IMG/VR virus record: IMGVR_UViG_3300029305_004606
Span: 136,991 to 200,990 of that record
DNA length: 64,000 nucleotides
Origin: a virus
Taxonomy: Duplodnaviria; Caudoviricetes
Strand: one strand, 5' to 3'
Shown here one piece after another: positions 12,701-18,578 of the stretch. The notes beneath the pieces are model-generated. The model did no database searches. It was given only the letters and a program-made list of their open reading frames with translations, and was not told where the DNA came from. Both the position numbers and the translations under genes were made by a program. The first letter of the stretch is position 1. Every line of letters starts with the position of its first letter.

Positions 12701-14379
12701 TGAATCCTAAAGCTATTCAAAACAATGGCAAAGGACCTGCTGCAGGTATTTGTCAGTGGGAAAACTATAATACTCAGTCTGGTAGATGGAGAAATCTTTA
12801 CGAATATGCTAAAGGTAATAATAAAGCTTGGACAGATCTCGATATACAGTTAAGATTTATTCACCATGAGTTACAGTCCAAGGATATTGATAATAGATTA
12901 TCTGGTAAAACTGCATCTAGCAATATTACTAAGACTGGTCTTAATATCAGTAAAGCTATGCCTTATGCACAGTGGAAAGTATGTACAGATATTCCTACTG
13001 CTTGTTGCTTGTTCGAAGCTGCTTTTGAGCGTGCTGGAGTTGTAGCAATGGAGAAGAGAATAAATGCTGCTACTGCTTACTACAATTTATATTCTGGAAA
13101 GAGTTATAGTTATGATGGGTCTATCGGATCTGCTTCTTATACAAGTGATCCTAGTACATCTAGCTCTGATTCTTCTAATAATCCTGGATTATTCAGTAAT
13201 ATCTGGAATGTTGTTGGAGATATAGGAACTGCATTTTCTAATGCATTCGGAAAAGTCTTCAATAAGAATGATAAATCTGATAATCAGGAAAGACAAGTAT
13301 ATGGTAATAATAGTACTGGTTCTAGTAAAGCATTAATAGCTACAGGAACTGCTCCTACAGGAGATATGGCAAATAACTTCCCTTACTTTGGTCAAGGTGA
13401 AGCTCCTTGGGCTACTGAATCTTATGGACAAGGAACTATTAAGTCATCTGGATGTGGTCCTACATCTATGGCTATGGTTGCTAAATCATATGGAATCAAC
13501 ACTGATCCTGACAGATTAGCAGATTGGTCTGTAGATAATGGACATAGAATTCCTAATCAAGGTACAAGTTGGGCATTCTTCCCAGCTGCAGCTAAAGAAT
13601 TAGGATTAACGGCTGATCAATTCTCTTCTCCTGCAAAAGCTAAAGAATATCTGAATAATGGAGTACCTATAATCGGATCTATGATGCCTGGTGATTTTAC
13701 CAAAGGTGGTCATTATATTGTATTCAGTGGCTTAAAGGGTGATAGAGTATATGTTAACGACCCTGCTTCTAGAAAGAGAACTGGTAATGTTTGGAATGTA
13801 GATTCTGCATTTAGTCAGGCTAAACAGTTCTGGGCTATTTCTAATAATGGTGTAGGTTCTATTGATAATTCTAAATTATCTGCTGCAGGTTCAGGCTTAG
13901 TAAGCTATGAAGACCTTGCAAATATGTCTGGTGGTTCTTCTGGTATATTAATGAAAGCTAGACCTGGTTCTAGAAATAATATGCCTGCAAGATTATCTAA
14001 CGGAAGATTAGTTCCTGTATCTAGTTTCTCTGGTGGAGCTACCACAGATGTAATGACTACTCAAACACAAGCAATGCTTACTAATATTAGTAAGAATGCA
14101 AGTAAATCTAATAGTGGTATAAGTCCTGAACTTGTAACTAAGTTGCTCACTTCTATTACTCAGATCTTGCAGAATATTGCTAATAATACTGCTCCTGTAG
14201 GTAAGATTTACCAGGCACTTCTGGCTTATGTACAGGCTGGTGGAGATTCAGGTATCAAGAATGATACTCCAACTCCTATCAAAGTCGATAAGACTAAGAA
14301 TAACCAAACACCTGAACCTGAGATCGATTCAAGTATCGCAAATCTTGTAGGTGTTCTTGCAGAACTTGCAAAGGGTTAA
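3703..14379 (+). CDS. Tape measure / tail-associated lysin with C-terminal C39-like peptidase, phage tail lysozyme and second C39-like peptidase
   Basis: 3558 aa, helical and Gly/Ala-rich with glycine-zipper hydrophobic segments (~6740-7260). Motifs: 'SQYDPRY..GCGPAVAAM..HYVL..INDP', 'AGIMGNMYAESAMNP..GICQW', 'YFGQGEAPW..SGCGPTSMAM..GHYIV..VNDP'. Confidence 0.85.
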   Translation: MATTNSKSKTYLKNVGKSFGYAAMDVFEHYNPTLTNLYKSSKDAVTEAKRLSREAKMQLQQAEVDSDKGGMSYILEDLASGKWYNKERQTEDERYLSTIAKEEDWGDDTTASAVADTARDVMKQNEASTRKISDSLGGAAQSISTSIGYASAQSADYIVKSFGAQSRALYGLTANGFDRVTNVLLSINNSIDGIASMGEGLNAHMKNSSIFYINATQSLNRIDTNIEKLVKMQEAANRSPRGISRKNVKGMENLIDSDGNIDLVAYMKMVKDNMDQYKTLAEALKDKKEDWIGNRKGGNMLSNTVVSVVDAMIPKMTKEAMKIMNETLRDGLIAGLARGGMKARRSNNPVANLLGEMFLPKDGYKDKLDTSNYEKGQVAWDGIARKSLVEVIPTYLAKIYAALGGEEKYFDYETGKFVKLEQIKADHEYDKRVSAVRAGGKMRTDILADIRKNAPAQRQAQLENEVESFFLQAFVDGYDFVEIAHMINDANFRRKYGITRESAKYIIDYVGAKDATKARRATGFVAGVARGRNEFGNTMRRREAAGTSNLVYASHGFDGGPAGNAINQFATMTDSFGKTQAYYLRGIYMMTGNIYGALQGQVGGSYRVRPDRRATASTYFNPDTGRYSRRRPRMTGGERSNMDNRQQRQAASTTTRNRNISIEDRAKYYGMSDDQILEAKRREEMVKRAQQAFNGQEFTPIQGTSEDGQPRVRSRFGSALAKVKDWYQAPFAAMTDMINSFTLGINNMFWGTKERKGLIDKISDYMKSLWTKVFGDENGQGGIGMQAAMKEEWTKIKTKVKDKARNFMGNVGARDRAAGQREIAQAVANQFSGTQEVPAHARGRRITKTGLIAVSEGELVIPSEFNPYYHGRTNKRQQIRNEQRIINKFYGGFATGGTVGGAYTDGQFVEDVDPITGEKIYKFVKPDGTVIRLKKSEYAKRLAQWKIKQTTQAIDDNTGAITAAKDGVNLLGSGLMDFIKASLFGTDKQQEEDKKKINMKMTDIFKEMGHEKGAMGIGAIGGLGVSLLTGAVVGPLAGAALGAGVGLLAKSEKVQKMLFGEVDENGNYEKEFGNFVMKKLPNIGVTAGLGLAGGALLGSPIIGLIAGSAIGFAGQSDAVKDRLFGKLDENGERSKGGLINKELRDKIKKAAPNIAAGGIAGLLVGPFGLAGNLIVGSAIGYLSTGEKFHQYFFGDGKDDKGLAGIIHEKIIKGLDDLIHNTGNALKGWMRKTGAKVGSKIMSFISKAQNKYETGKASGLTKAIGWAASVPGKALKGATNKVGDLVQGLAGHRRARNLAEGYDVWNAEAGRNATAAERLGMRSDDDISSAANMDRAIAGADAEQLAQLKNMLTDLRDPKLAFQKVKDKSTATLYSELMDAGITDKKLIKKIIKEAGSTNSTIRLEDLITGYSEDQQKAIRKAFNKSDKEIQAAKDTKTVTKGNLALLKDKFGINLEGSSNADIVNYLKAIEHDEKIRFGEDGSDLNAKEEKYQDNVVTLLTDMNNNISLFTEYITGKRNAAGRFDGNIDKEGNAHFWVHGDRAVSAEEAIAGARGQRDIMEFGRDTKNAIAETTTKVIDTVTEPIKDAVVGTFDFVKEKVVTPLSDTVKAVAHTAQDLYGIGIRGFNAANPDIDTSNYYGPTSGIDVVNTAQRTATRASYLGGRLKRGAGDVIKAIRGKAEGGTISGDNTFLDMLADKVIEKVGGIGDYLKGKMESAKEKITTHVDAFGNVHKMTTNNQGETVAATNDSTTKKSKAAMDKFMNSVNSIPGMATAMSGLSSMFGGLKDKLLGGDEEKGPGLLEQLVNGLFDDTDGFIPNIINLITGGQGGGKFGGITLKSIFTNLIGPGLLAAGFAGVFDNAFKAATGGAYGKKDNEEYYDKETGQVVQKTADGQYTDANGNIVSGNIGVRQNDVASFSDKLKENTARGVLTNTSSVASKVLGNTNIGKTISAAGRTVVKAVGGDAAAMASITDTILDACIKFTSMLGKIPALKGIAGKIDDMGLELAEKISTKLASSGAKSLLSNAANFVVWAKIAFIVVDFTTGYEDARTTLGIIDEPTVPQKIIAGLLRALKNLIPVVGSLIPDSLVIDVFCKYIAPFFGIEPEGLMKQREEAEAKVAEYNAANGTNYSVGEYNKAVLHDYTWTERIGNAAKSTVNDVKDKWNAGVTAIKEKGLGGAIKDGISNNVDIFKEAFKGKDGGLAGVTSGIGAVLGNLLPGVFGEVAQKNTEIQALAYKGEIGEMWKVALSDFSKGSDEEANVGIFSKIIGQIPLLFTKINMTPLALINKVIRPIMDKAGDAFKGIIEGGKYIATLPATVAADTKALVYSKEDTDLKDFFNVSKYEQQGENGFYNGIIKAVAMTSRVASLGTMIVGAVGKRIGKAFVEIKDKVVNMGKAFISLDTGITRKALEGDVSNMFSYVSSSTSEDANNPLGFIGKVYGYTTAALRTPLALVSKAGKAIGKFLVETKDKVITMGQAFVALDSGITRNALAGDIGGMFNHVSSSTSEDANNPLGFVGKVYGYVNAAMKTPLALVSKAGKAIGGWLTSVKDKVVTAFSTMATMDQSITAKATAGDITGMFDYVAGATSEDAENPLGFVGKVYGYVNAAGKVPLALLSKAGQAIGGWFGEKVDAFKTDVGTLDSAKEALKGMSQDKSSSIGDIMGYTTEFSDNNVFKGIFNAIFGFQKIFYSAAKLLGNVFDAISGVVDGIKDKVGGVVDAVTEKVSGVKDAVVEKVEDVKEGAKKVVNNVKEGAKKAGETVKGWGEAAWDGLTGWITGSGSGFVSQYDPRYQNYKVSGQNFAAKGCGPAVAAMAGRALGKNISVNDAVNGSIGYQNGNGVSIDYFQQMLGSKGINTRYISGGSSADLYNSIASGEKVVLLGRDPYNTSKEYSPFGPNNHYVLATGIDRRGNVIINDPEARGPRAYNPAILNSAKFGVAGSNSGIGRRSSIRRSSKVRNIFSGGSSYDTEIAKQVWAFFINKGYSPECTAGIMGNMYAESAMNPKAIQNNGKGPAAGICQWENYNTQSGRWRNLYEYAKGNNKAWTDLDIQLRFIHHELQSKDIDNRLSGKTASSNITKTGLNISKAMPYAQWKVCTDIPTACCLFEAAFERAGVVAMEKRINAATAYYNLYSGKSYSYDGSIGSASYTSDPSTSSSDSSNNPGLFSNIWNVVGDIGTAFSNAFGKVFNKNDKSDNQERQVYGNNSTGSSKALIATGTAPTGDMANNFPYFGQGEAPWATESYGQGTIKSSGCGPTSMAMVAKSYGINTDPDRLADWSVDNGHRIPNQGTSWAFFPAAAKELGLTADQFSSPAKAKEYLNNGVPIIGSMMPGDFTKGGHYIVFSGLKGDRVYVNDPASRKRTGNVWNVDSAFSQAKQFWAISNNGVGSIDNSKLSAAGSGLVSYEDLANMSGGSSGILMKARPGSRNNMPARLSNGRLVPVSSFSGGATTDVMTTQTQAMLTNISKNASKSNSGISPELVTKLLTSITQILQNIANNTAPVGKIYQALLAYVQAGGDSGIKNDTPTPIKVDKTKNNQTPEPEIDSSIANLVGVLAELAKG
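10850..11585 (+). repeat. Three tandem ~81-aa (243-bp period) repeats inside the tape measure protein
   Basis: 'TSEDA(N/E)NPLGF(I/V)GKVYGY..PLAL(V/L)SKAG' recurs at ~10971, ~11214 and ~11457. Confidence 0.9.
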
Positions 14380-14387
14380 AATACAAG

Positions 14388-14423
14388 TAAGTTGGAGATA
14401 GTGTAACAACTATCTCCAACTTA
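14388..14423. terminator. Hairpin/terminator overlapping an AACT-N6-TA promoter-like motif
   Basis: TAAGTTGGAGATAGT/ACTATCTCCAACTTA perfect stem. Confidence 0.6.
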
Positions 14424-14456
14424 TGAATAAAAATAAAGAGAAAGGTGGAACAAGTT

Positions 14457-15920
14457 ATGCCATCACAATTAAGCAATTATCTAACAGATGAAGAATTGGA
14501 AGCTTATATTACTGGTAATGACGAATCTAATGTAGACCAGACAATATCAAAGATTATGACTACCAGAACTAATGGTATAGAAGGTTTACCTTATCAGTTT
14601 ATGGAATCTGTTGATCGTAGAGTTGTTACAGAAACAGAAACAACTGATGTTGGAAGAAAGTATGGTGAAAGGATATTCTCCAGATTACCTCTTTTATTCT
14701 TGACTCCTTGTGAGCCACTGTTTATGGACGAGTTTACTAGAACTGAAAGAAGAAGTGTAGTTGGTAATCTTCTTGGAAATCTTTCTGGAGACGCTTTACA
14801 AACTCTCAATTCTTCTGGAAGATATTATACTATAGACTTCAACTACGTTGAATACTATAAGTATTTGAATACAATGCTATCTGCTCTTTCTGTATATCTT
14901 GAATATAACGGAGATAGCTTATACAATACAAAAATTAAAATTGGAGATCAGGAACCAAAAAGAATAGGTACTATTGACTGGTCAAAGGAATTGAATAGTG
15001 ATTTTAAGACTTTCTTCTCCGCTCAAGAAAATGTAGTATTCTATTTAGACGGATTAACTTCCATTTCAGAAAGTTTTGGAAATGATACCACTGAATCATC
15101 TCTAGCATCTCAGATTAATGGTTTCTCGGACACTGCTAGAGAAATTCGATATTTGTTCGGTTCTAGAGGAAATGCTGCTGCTGAATTGGTCAATTCTGGT
15201 GCAAGTATAACAAGTAGTATTACAGAAAGTATGTCTGGAGCACTTACAAATGTATTTGGTGGTATTGTAGGTTCTATTTCAAACAATGGTGTTAATACAC
15301 TATTGAATGGTGGAAAAATTATATTCCCTGAAATGTGGTCTAACTCTAGTTTTGATAAGTCTTATACAATAGATATCAAACTTAGATCTCCTGATCATGA
15401 TAATTTAAGTATCTTTTTGAATGTCTTGAAACCTTATTGTAAAATTCTTGCATTAGTTATGCCAAGACAAACAATATCAGATAGTTCTGGTGACCCTAAT
15501 GGATATTCTGCTCCTTTCCTAGTAAAGGCATATTGTAAGGGAATGTTTAATATTGACATGGGAATCATTAGTTCTCTTTCTGTTACAAAAGGTGCTGAAT
15601 GTTGTTGGAATGATGATGGTTTACCTACACAGATTGATATTAGTATTGAGATCAAAGATATGTATAAACATCTTGCTATGTCAACACTTGATATTACACA
15701 TCCAATTCAGTCTGCAAGGAATATTGTAAATAATACTGCTTATATGGATTTCTTAGCTAATATGGCTGGATTAAATATAGGTCAGATGGAAGTTGGTAGA
15801 CGAATTACAATGTTATATTATTTGTCACAAAACTATGTATCAAGATCATCTTCCTCTGTATTCCGTAAGTTTGATCAGGGTGTAACAAAATTGATAGGTA
15901 AAATGTACAGAAGTATATAA
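14457..15920 (+). CDS. Baseplate/tail-tube-initiator-like virion protein (T4 gp48/gp54-type fold)
   Basis: 'FPEMWSNSSFDKSYTIDIKLRSP...APFLV...IISSLSVTKG...DGLPTQIDISIEIKD' pattern; follows the tape measure gene; ATG 14457 fits SD spacing better than GTG 14445. Confidence 0.55.
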   Translation: MPSQLSNYLTDEELEAYITGNDESNVDQTISKIMTTRTNGIEGLPYQFMESVDRRVVTETETTDVGRKYGERIFSRLPLLFLTPCEPLFMDEFTRTERRSVVGNLLGNLSGDALQTLNSSGRYYTIDFNYVEYYKYLNTMLSALSVYLEYNGDSLYNTKIKIGDQEPKRIGTIDWSKELNSDFKTFFSAQENVVFYLDGLTSISESFGNDTTESSLASQINGFSDTAREIRYLFGSRGNAAAELVNSGASITSSITESMSGALTNVFGGIVGSISNNGVNTLLNGGKIIFPEMWSNSSFDKSYTIDIKLRSPDHDNLSIFLNVLKPYCKILALVMPRQTISDSSGDPNGYSAPFLVKAYCKGMFNIDMGIISSLSVTKGAECCWNDDGLPTQIDISIEIKDMYKHLAMSTLDITHPIQSARNIVNNTAYMDFLANMAGLNIGQMEVGRRITMLYYLSQNYVSRSSSSVFRKFDQGVTKLIGKMYRSI

Positions 15921-15928
15921 AATGATTT

Positions 15929-15960
15929 AAGAGATACCCTATTATAAGGGTATCTCTTTT
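15929..15960 (+). terminator. Intrinsic terminator
   Basis: AAGAGATACCCT/AGGGTATCTCTT stem followed by T tract. Confidence 0.8.
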
Positions 15961-16051
15961 ATTGTATATCATTAGATTTAGTAAAAAATAACAAAAAAAG
16001 TAACGGTTTAATAATTACTAAACTTACTTTTGGTAGAAAGTGAGGTAAAGT

Positions 16052-16537
16052 ATGGATTATAATAATATTATAGTACCAATTTCATTTGATCCGTCTCTAA
16101 TTGGTCATAATTTTATAATGATAGATGTACCAGGAGAACCTTTTGCTAAGCAGCGACCGAGAGCAGCTAAGAAGGGTAGATATATAACAATATATACTCC
16201 TAGAGAGACGAAACAATATGAAGAAAAAGTAAGAAAAGTTTATAATGCTATGTATGGAAGTTACCAATTAGAGGGTGACTTAACTGCTGAAATAGAAGGA
16301 ACTTTTTCTATTCCTAATTCTGTTTCCAAAAAGAAACGTCAAGAAATGATAGAAGGTAAAGTTCCACATACTAAAAAACCCGATTGTGATAATATGGGTA
16401 AAATTTGTTTGGACGCATTAAATGAAGTAGCCTATCCTGATGATGCAGCAATAAACAAATTATGGATTTCTAAAGAATATGGAGATATTGCTAAAGTGAG
16501 AATCACTATAATAGAAAATAAAATGATATCAGAATAG
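16052..16537 (+). CDS. rusA: RusA-family Holliday junction resolvase
   Basis: 'VPGEPFAKQRPR', 'YTPRETKQYE', 'KKPDCDNMGKICLDALNEVAYPDDAAI' catalytic motif. Confidence 0.92.
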   Translation: MDYNNIIVPISFDPSLIGHNFIMIDVPGEPFAKQRPRAAKKGRYITIYTPRETKQYEEKVRKVYNAMYGSYQLEGDLTAEIEGTFSIPNSVSKKKRQEMIEGKVPHTKKPDCDNMGKICLDALNEVAYPDDAAINKLWISKEYGDIAKVRITIIENKMISE

Positions 16538-16551
16538 GAGACTGAATAACT

Positions 16552-16926
16552 ATGGATATGAGTAAATATTATGAATATAGGCAAAAAATTAGAGCACTGT
16601 ATGATCAGGAGCCGTTTAGTAGTAATGATCTTGGAAGTAAAATTCTTGAGATTAAAGATAAAAATAGGTGTATTGTATCTATGTCTTTAGATCTAAATGC
16701 TTATTACATCCAGGCTCAGTTTGAAGATGGAACACCGTTTGAGAAAGTTAATAAAATTTGCGATTCAATTCTTAAAAGAATTGGATATTATTTATCAGAT
16801 AATATCGATTCTATTCCTGATCTTGAACCGGAAGATAAAGATGCGATTAGATCGATGTTAAATAATCCTGCAGCTACATATTGTGATCATATTGTGATTG
16901 GAAACATGGTTAAAATTAACCTGTAA
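16552..16926 (+). CDS. Hypothetical protein
   Basis: 124-aa ORF with AGGAG SD. Confidence 0.75.
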   Translation: MDMSKYYEYRQKIRALYDQEPFSSNDLGSKILEIKDKNRCIVSMSLDLNAYYIQAQFEDGTPFEKVNKICDSILKRIGYYLSDNIDSIPDLEPEDKDAIRSMLNNPAATYCDHIVIGNMVKINL

Positions 16927-16928
16927 CA

Positions 16929-16940
16929 AACATAAATATA
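16929..16940 (+). promoter_or_regulatory. Late promoter AACA-N6-TA with no protein gene downstream
   Basis: AACA-TAAATA-TA; perfect match to the motif found upstream of structural genes. Confidence 0.55.
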
Positions 16941-17041
16941 ATGAGTCGGATTGGACACCCGATCTCATAGCTTTTGGATAAAGCTAAAGTTGACATCACC
17001 TCAAAGCAGAACCCCTAAGGCATTGCTGCCTTAGGGGTTTT
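16940..17041 (+). ncRNA. Candidate ~100-nt small RNA (two hairpins, single-stranded ACATCACCTC, terminator)
   Basis: Promoter, then hairpins 16941-16968 and 16969-16985, then terminator 17012-17041, in the gap between convergent genes. Confidence 0.45.
17012..17041. terminator. Terminator between convergent genes
   Basis: CCCCTAAGGCA/TGCCTTAGGGG stem followed by TTTT. Confidence 0.8.
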
Positions 17042-17050
17042 GTATTTTGA

Positions 17051-18538
17051 TTATTTCATTCCATCTAATACTTTCTTAATATAAGCAGAATCTACTTTAT
17101 CAAGCTGCAAAGTATTAACAGTTTCTAAGAAACCATACATAACCTTAGAAGCTTCTACAATAAGATCTGTATCAAGAGTACCGGATTCGGTAATATAATT
17201 TTCTCTTACAACTTCATCTTTGATGATACTTCTAGAAAGGTTTCTAGACATCTTTTCGAATACTGTCATATTACGATGCTCTTTAATACTGTCGATATGT
17301 CTCTTATAGATTCTAACTGATTCTTCAGCAATCTTAGCTTTAGTTTCATCTTTACCGTCAAGATCTTCAATAGTCTTAACATTGTTAGAAATCTTGTTAA
17401 GAAGTTCATCAATCTTTTTCTTATCTTCAGCATTATTTCTGATGAAAGTTTCCTCAGCATCTGCGATTCTAGAACGAATGATTTCTACTGCTTTCTGAAC
17501 ATCTTCTTCTTTGTTAAGTTCATCGAAGATTTTACCATCATTTCCAGTATGTCCATCAATAGTAGTATCCTGATCTACACCATCATCATCTAACGGTTCA
17601 CCAAGTTCATCATCAACATGATCCTCTACATCTTCTTTAGAAGGCTCGTCATCAGAATCATCGTCTTCATCATCCTCGTCATCGTCATCCTTGTCATCAT
17701 CTTTAGGATCATCTTCAAAGGTAGTATCTTTCAAAGGATCTTCATCTTCTTTCTGCTTTTCATCTTCTTCAGATTTTTCTTCACCAGCAGGTTCTTCAGG
17801 AGCTTCTCCTTCTTCCTTTTTATCTTCACCTTCTTCAGGTTTATCTTCAGATTTAGGAAGCTGAAGTTCTACTTCTTCCTTGCTTTCATTGTCTGCGTCT
17901 TCTTCAGCAGCTTTCTTTTCTTCTCTCTTTTCTGCAGCCTCTTCAGATTTTCTCTCTTCCTCTTCTTTAGCAGCAGTAAAGATCTGACTCATAAAGTCAT
18001 GTACATCTTTCTTTCTTGCAGTTTTAAGAAACTCTGCAGCAGCTGCAATAGCAGCATCTTTCTTCTTTGAACCTGAATTTTCTTTTTCATCAGAATCTTC
18101 AATAGGTTCTTCTGCTTCGATTTCTTTTACATCTGCTTCAGCAGCATCTTCTACAATCTGAGTAATTCTAGAAAGCAAATATGTTTTGTTTCCTACTTTA
18201 CTAAGAATAGCAGATGCACCACCATTTTCTTTGATCCAGTTTTCTACCATACTCTCTGCAAGAATGATACCATCATCTGTGAGGGTAGAAGCTTCAAGAG
18301 CTCCGATATAGATAGCTTTGATAACTGTACCAAAAGCTTCATTTCTAGCTGCTTCCATAAGAGCTGCTCTAGAAGAAGCCTTACGATTTCTCATATCCAT
18401 AATAGTATGATACTTATTGTTGAACTGTTCTCTCACAGCAACTTTCTCGTTAACAGCATTGATTTCTCTCTGTGCTAACTGAGAACGAGACTCAGCGAGA
18501 TTCTTATATGATTCTACAACTTCGTTTTCACGTCTCAT
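17051..18538 (-). CDS. Acidic virion/inner-head protein
   Basis: 495 aa, D/E-rich middle, many (L/I/V/M)xE-(A/S) sites; AAAGGAGG SD and late promoter. Confidence 0.65.
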   Translation of the reverse strand: MRRENEVVESYKNLAESRSQLAQREINAVNEKVAVREQFNNKYHTIMDMRNRKASSRAALMEAARNEAFGTVIKAIYIGALEASTLTDDGIILAESMVENWIKENGGASAILSKVGNKTYLLSRITQIVEDAAEADVKEIEAEEPIEDSDEKENSGSKKKDAAIAAAAEFLKTARKKDVHDFMSQIFTAAKEEEERKSEEAAEKREEKKAAEEDADNESKEEVELQLPKSEDKPEEGEDKKEEGEAPEEPAGEEKSEEDEKQKEDEDPLKDTTFEDDPKDDDKDDDDEDDEDDDSDDEPSKEDVEDHVDDELGEPLDDDGVDQDTTIDGHTGNDGKIFDELNKEEDVQKAVEIIRSRIADAEETFIRNNAEDKKKIDELLNKISNNVKTIEDLDGKDETKAKIAEESVRIYKRHIDSIKEHRNMTVFEKMSRNLSRSIIKDEVVRENYITESGTLDTDLIVEASKVMYGFLETVNTLQLDKVDSAYIKKVLDGMK

Positions 18539-18566
18539 TAGAGTAAACCTCCTTTATATTGGTTAT

Positions 18567-18578
18567 TAATTGGATGTT
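18567..18578 (-). promoter_or_regulatory. Late promoter AACA-N6-TA
   Basis: Minus strand AACA-TCCAAT-TA. Confidence 0.65.

Noticed and set aside
15990-16002. Late promoter upstream of rusA
   Set aside because: Spacing is AACA-N7-TA within an A run; not counted as a consensus match.
16940-17011. tRNA
   Set aside because: No cloverleaf, T-loop or CCA; no tRNA or rRNA recognised anywhere in the window.
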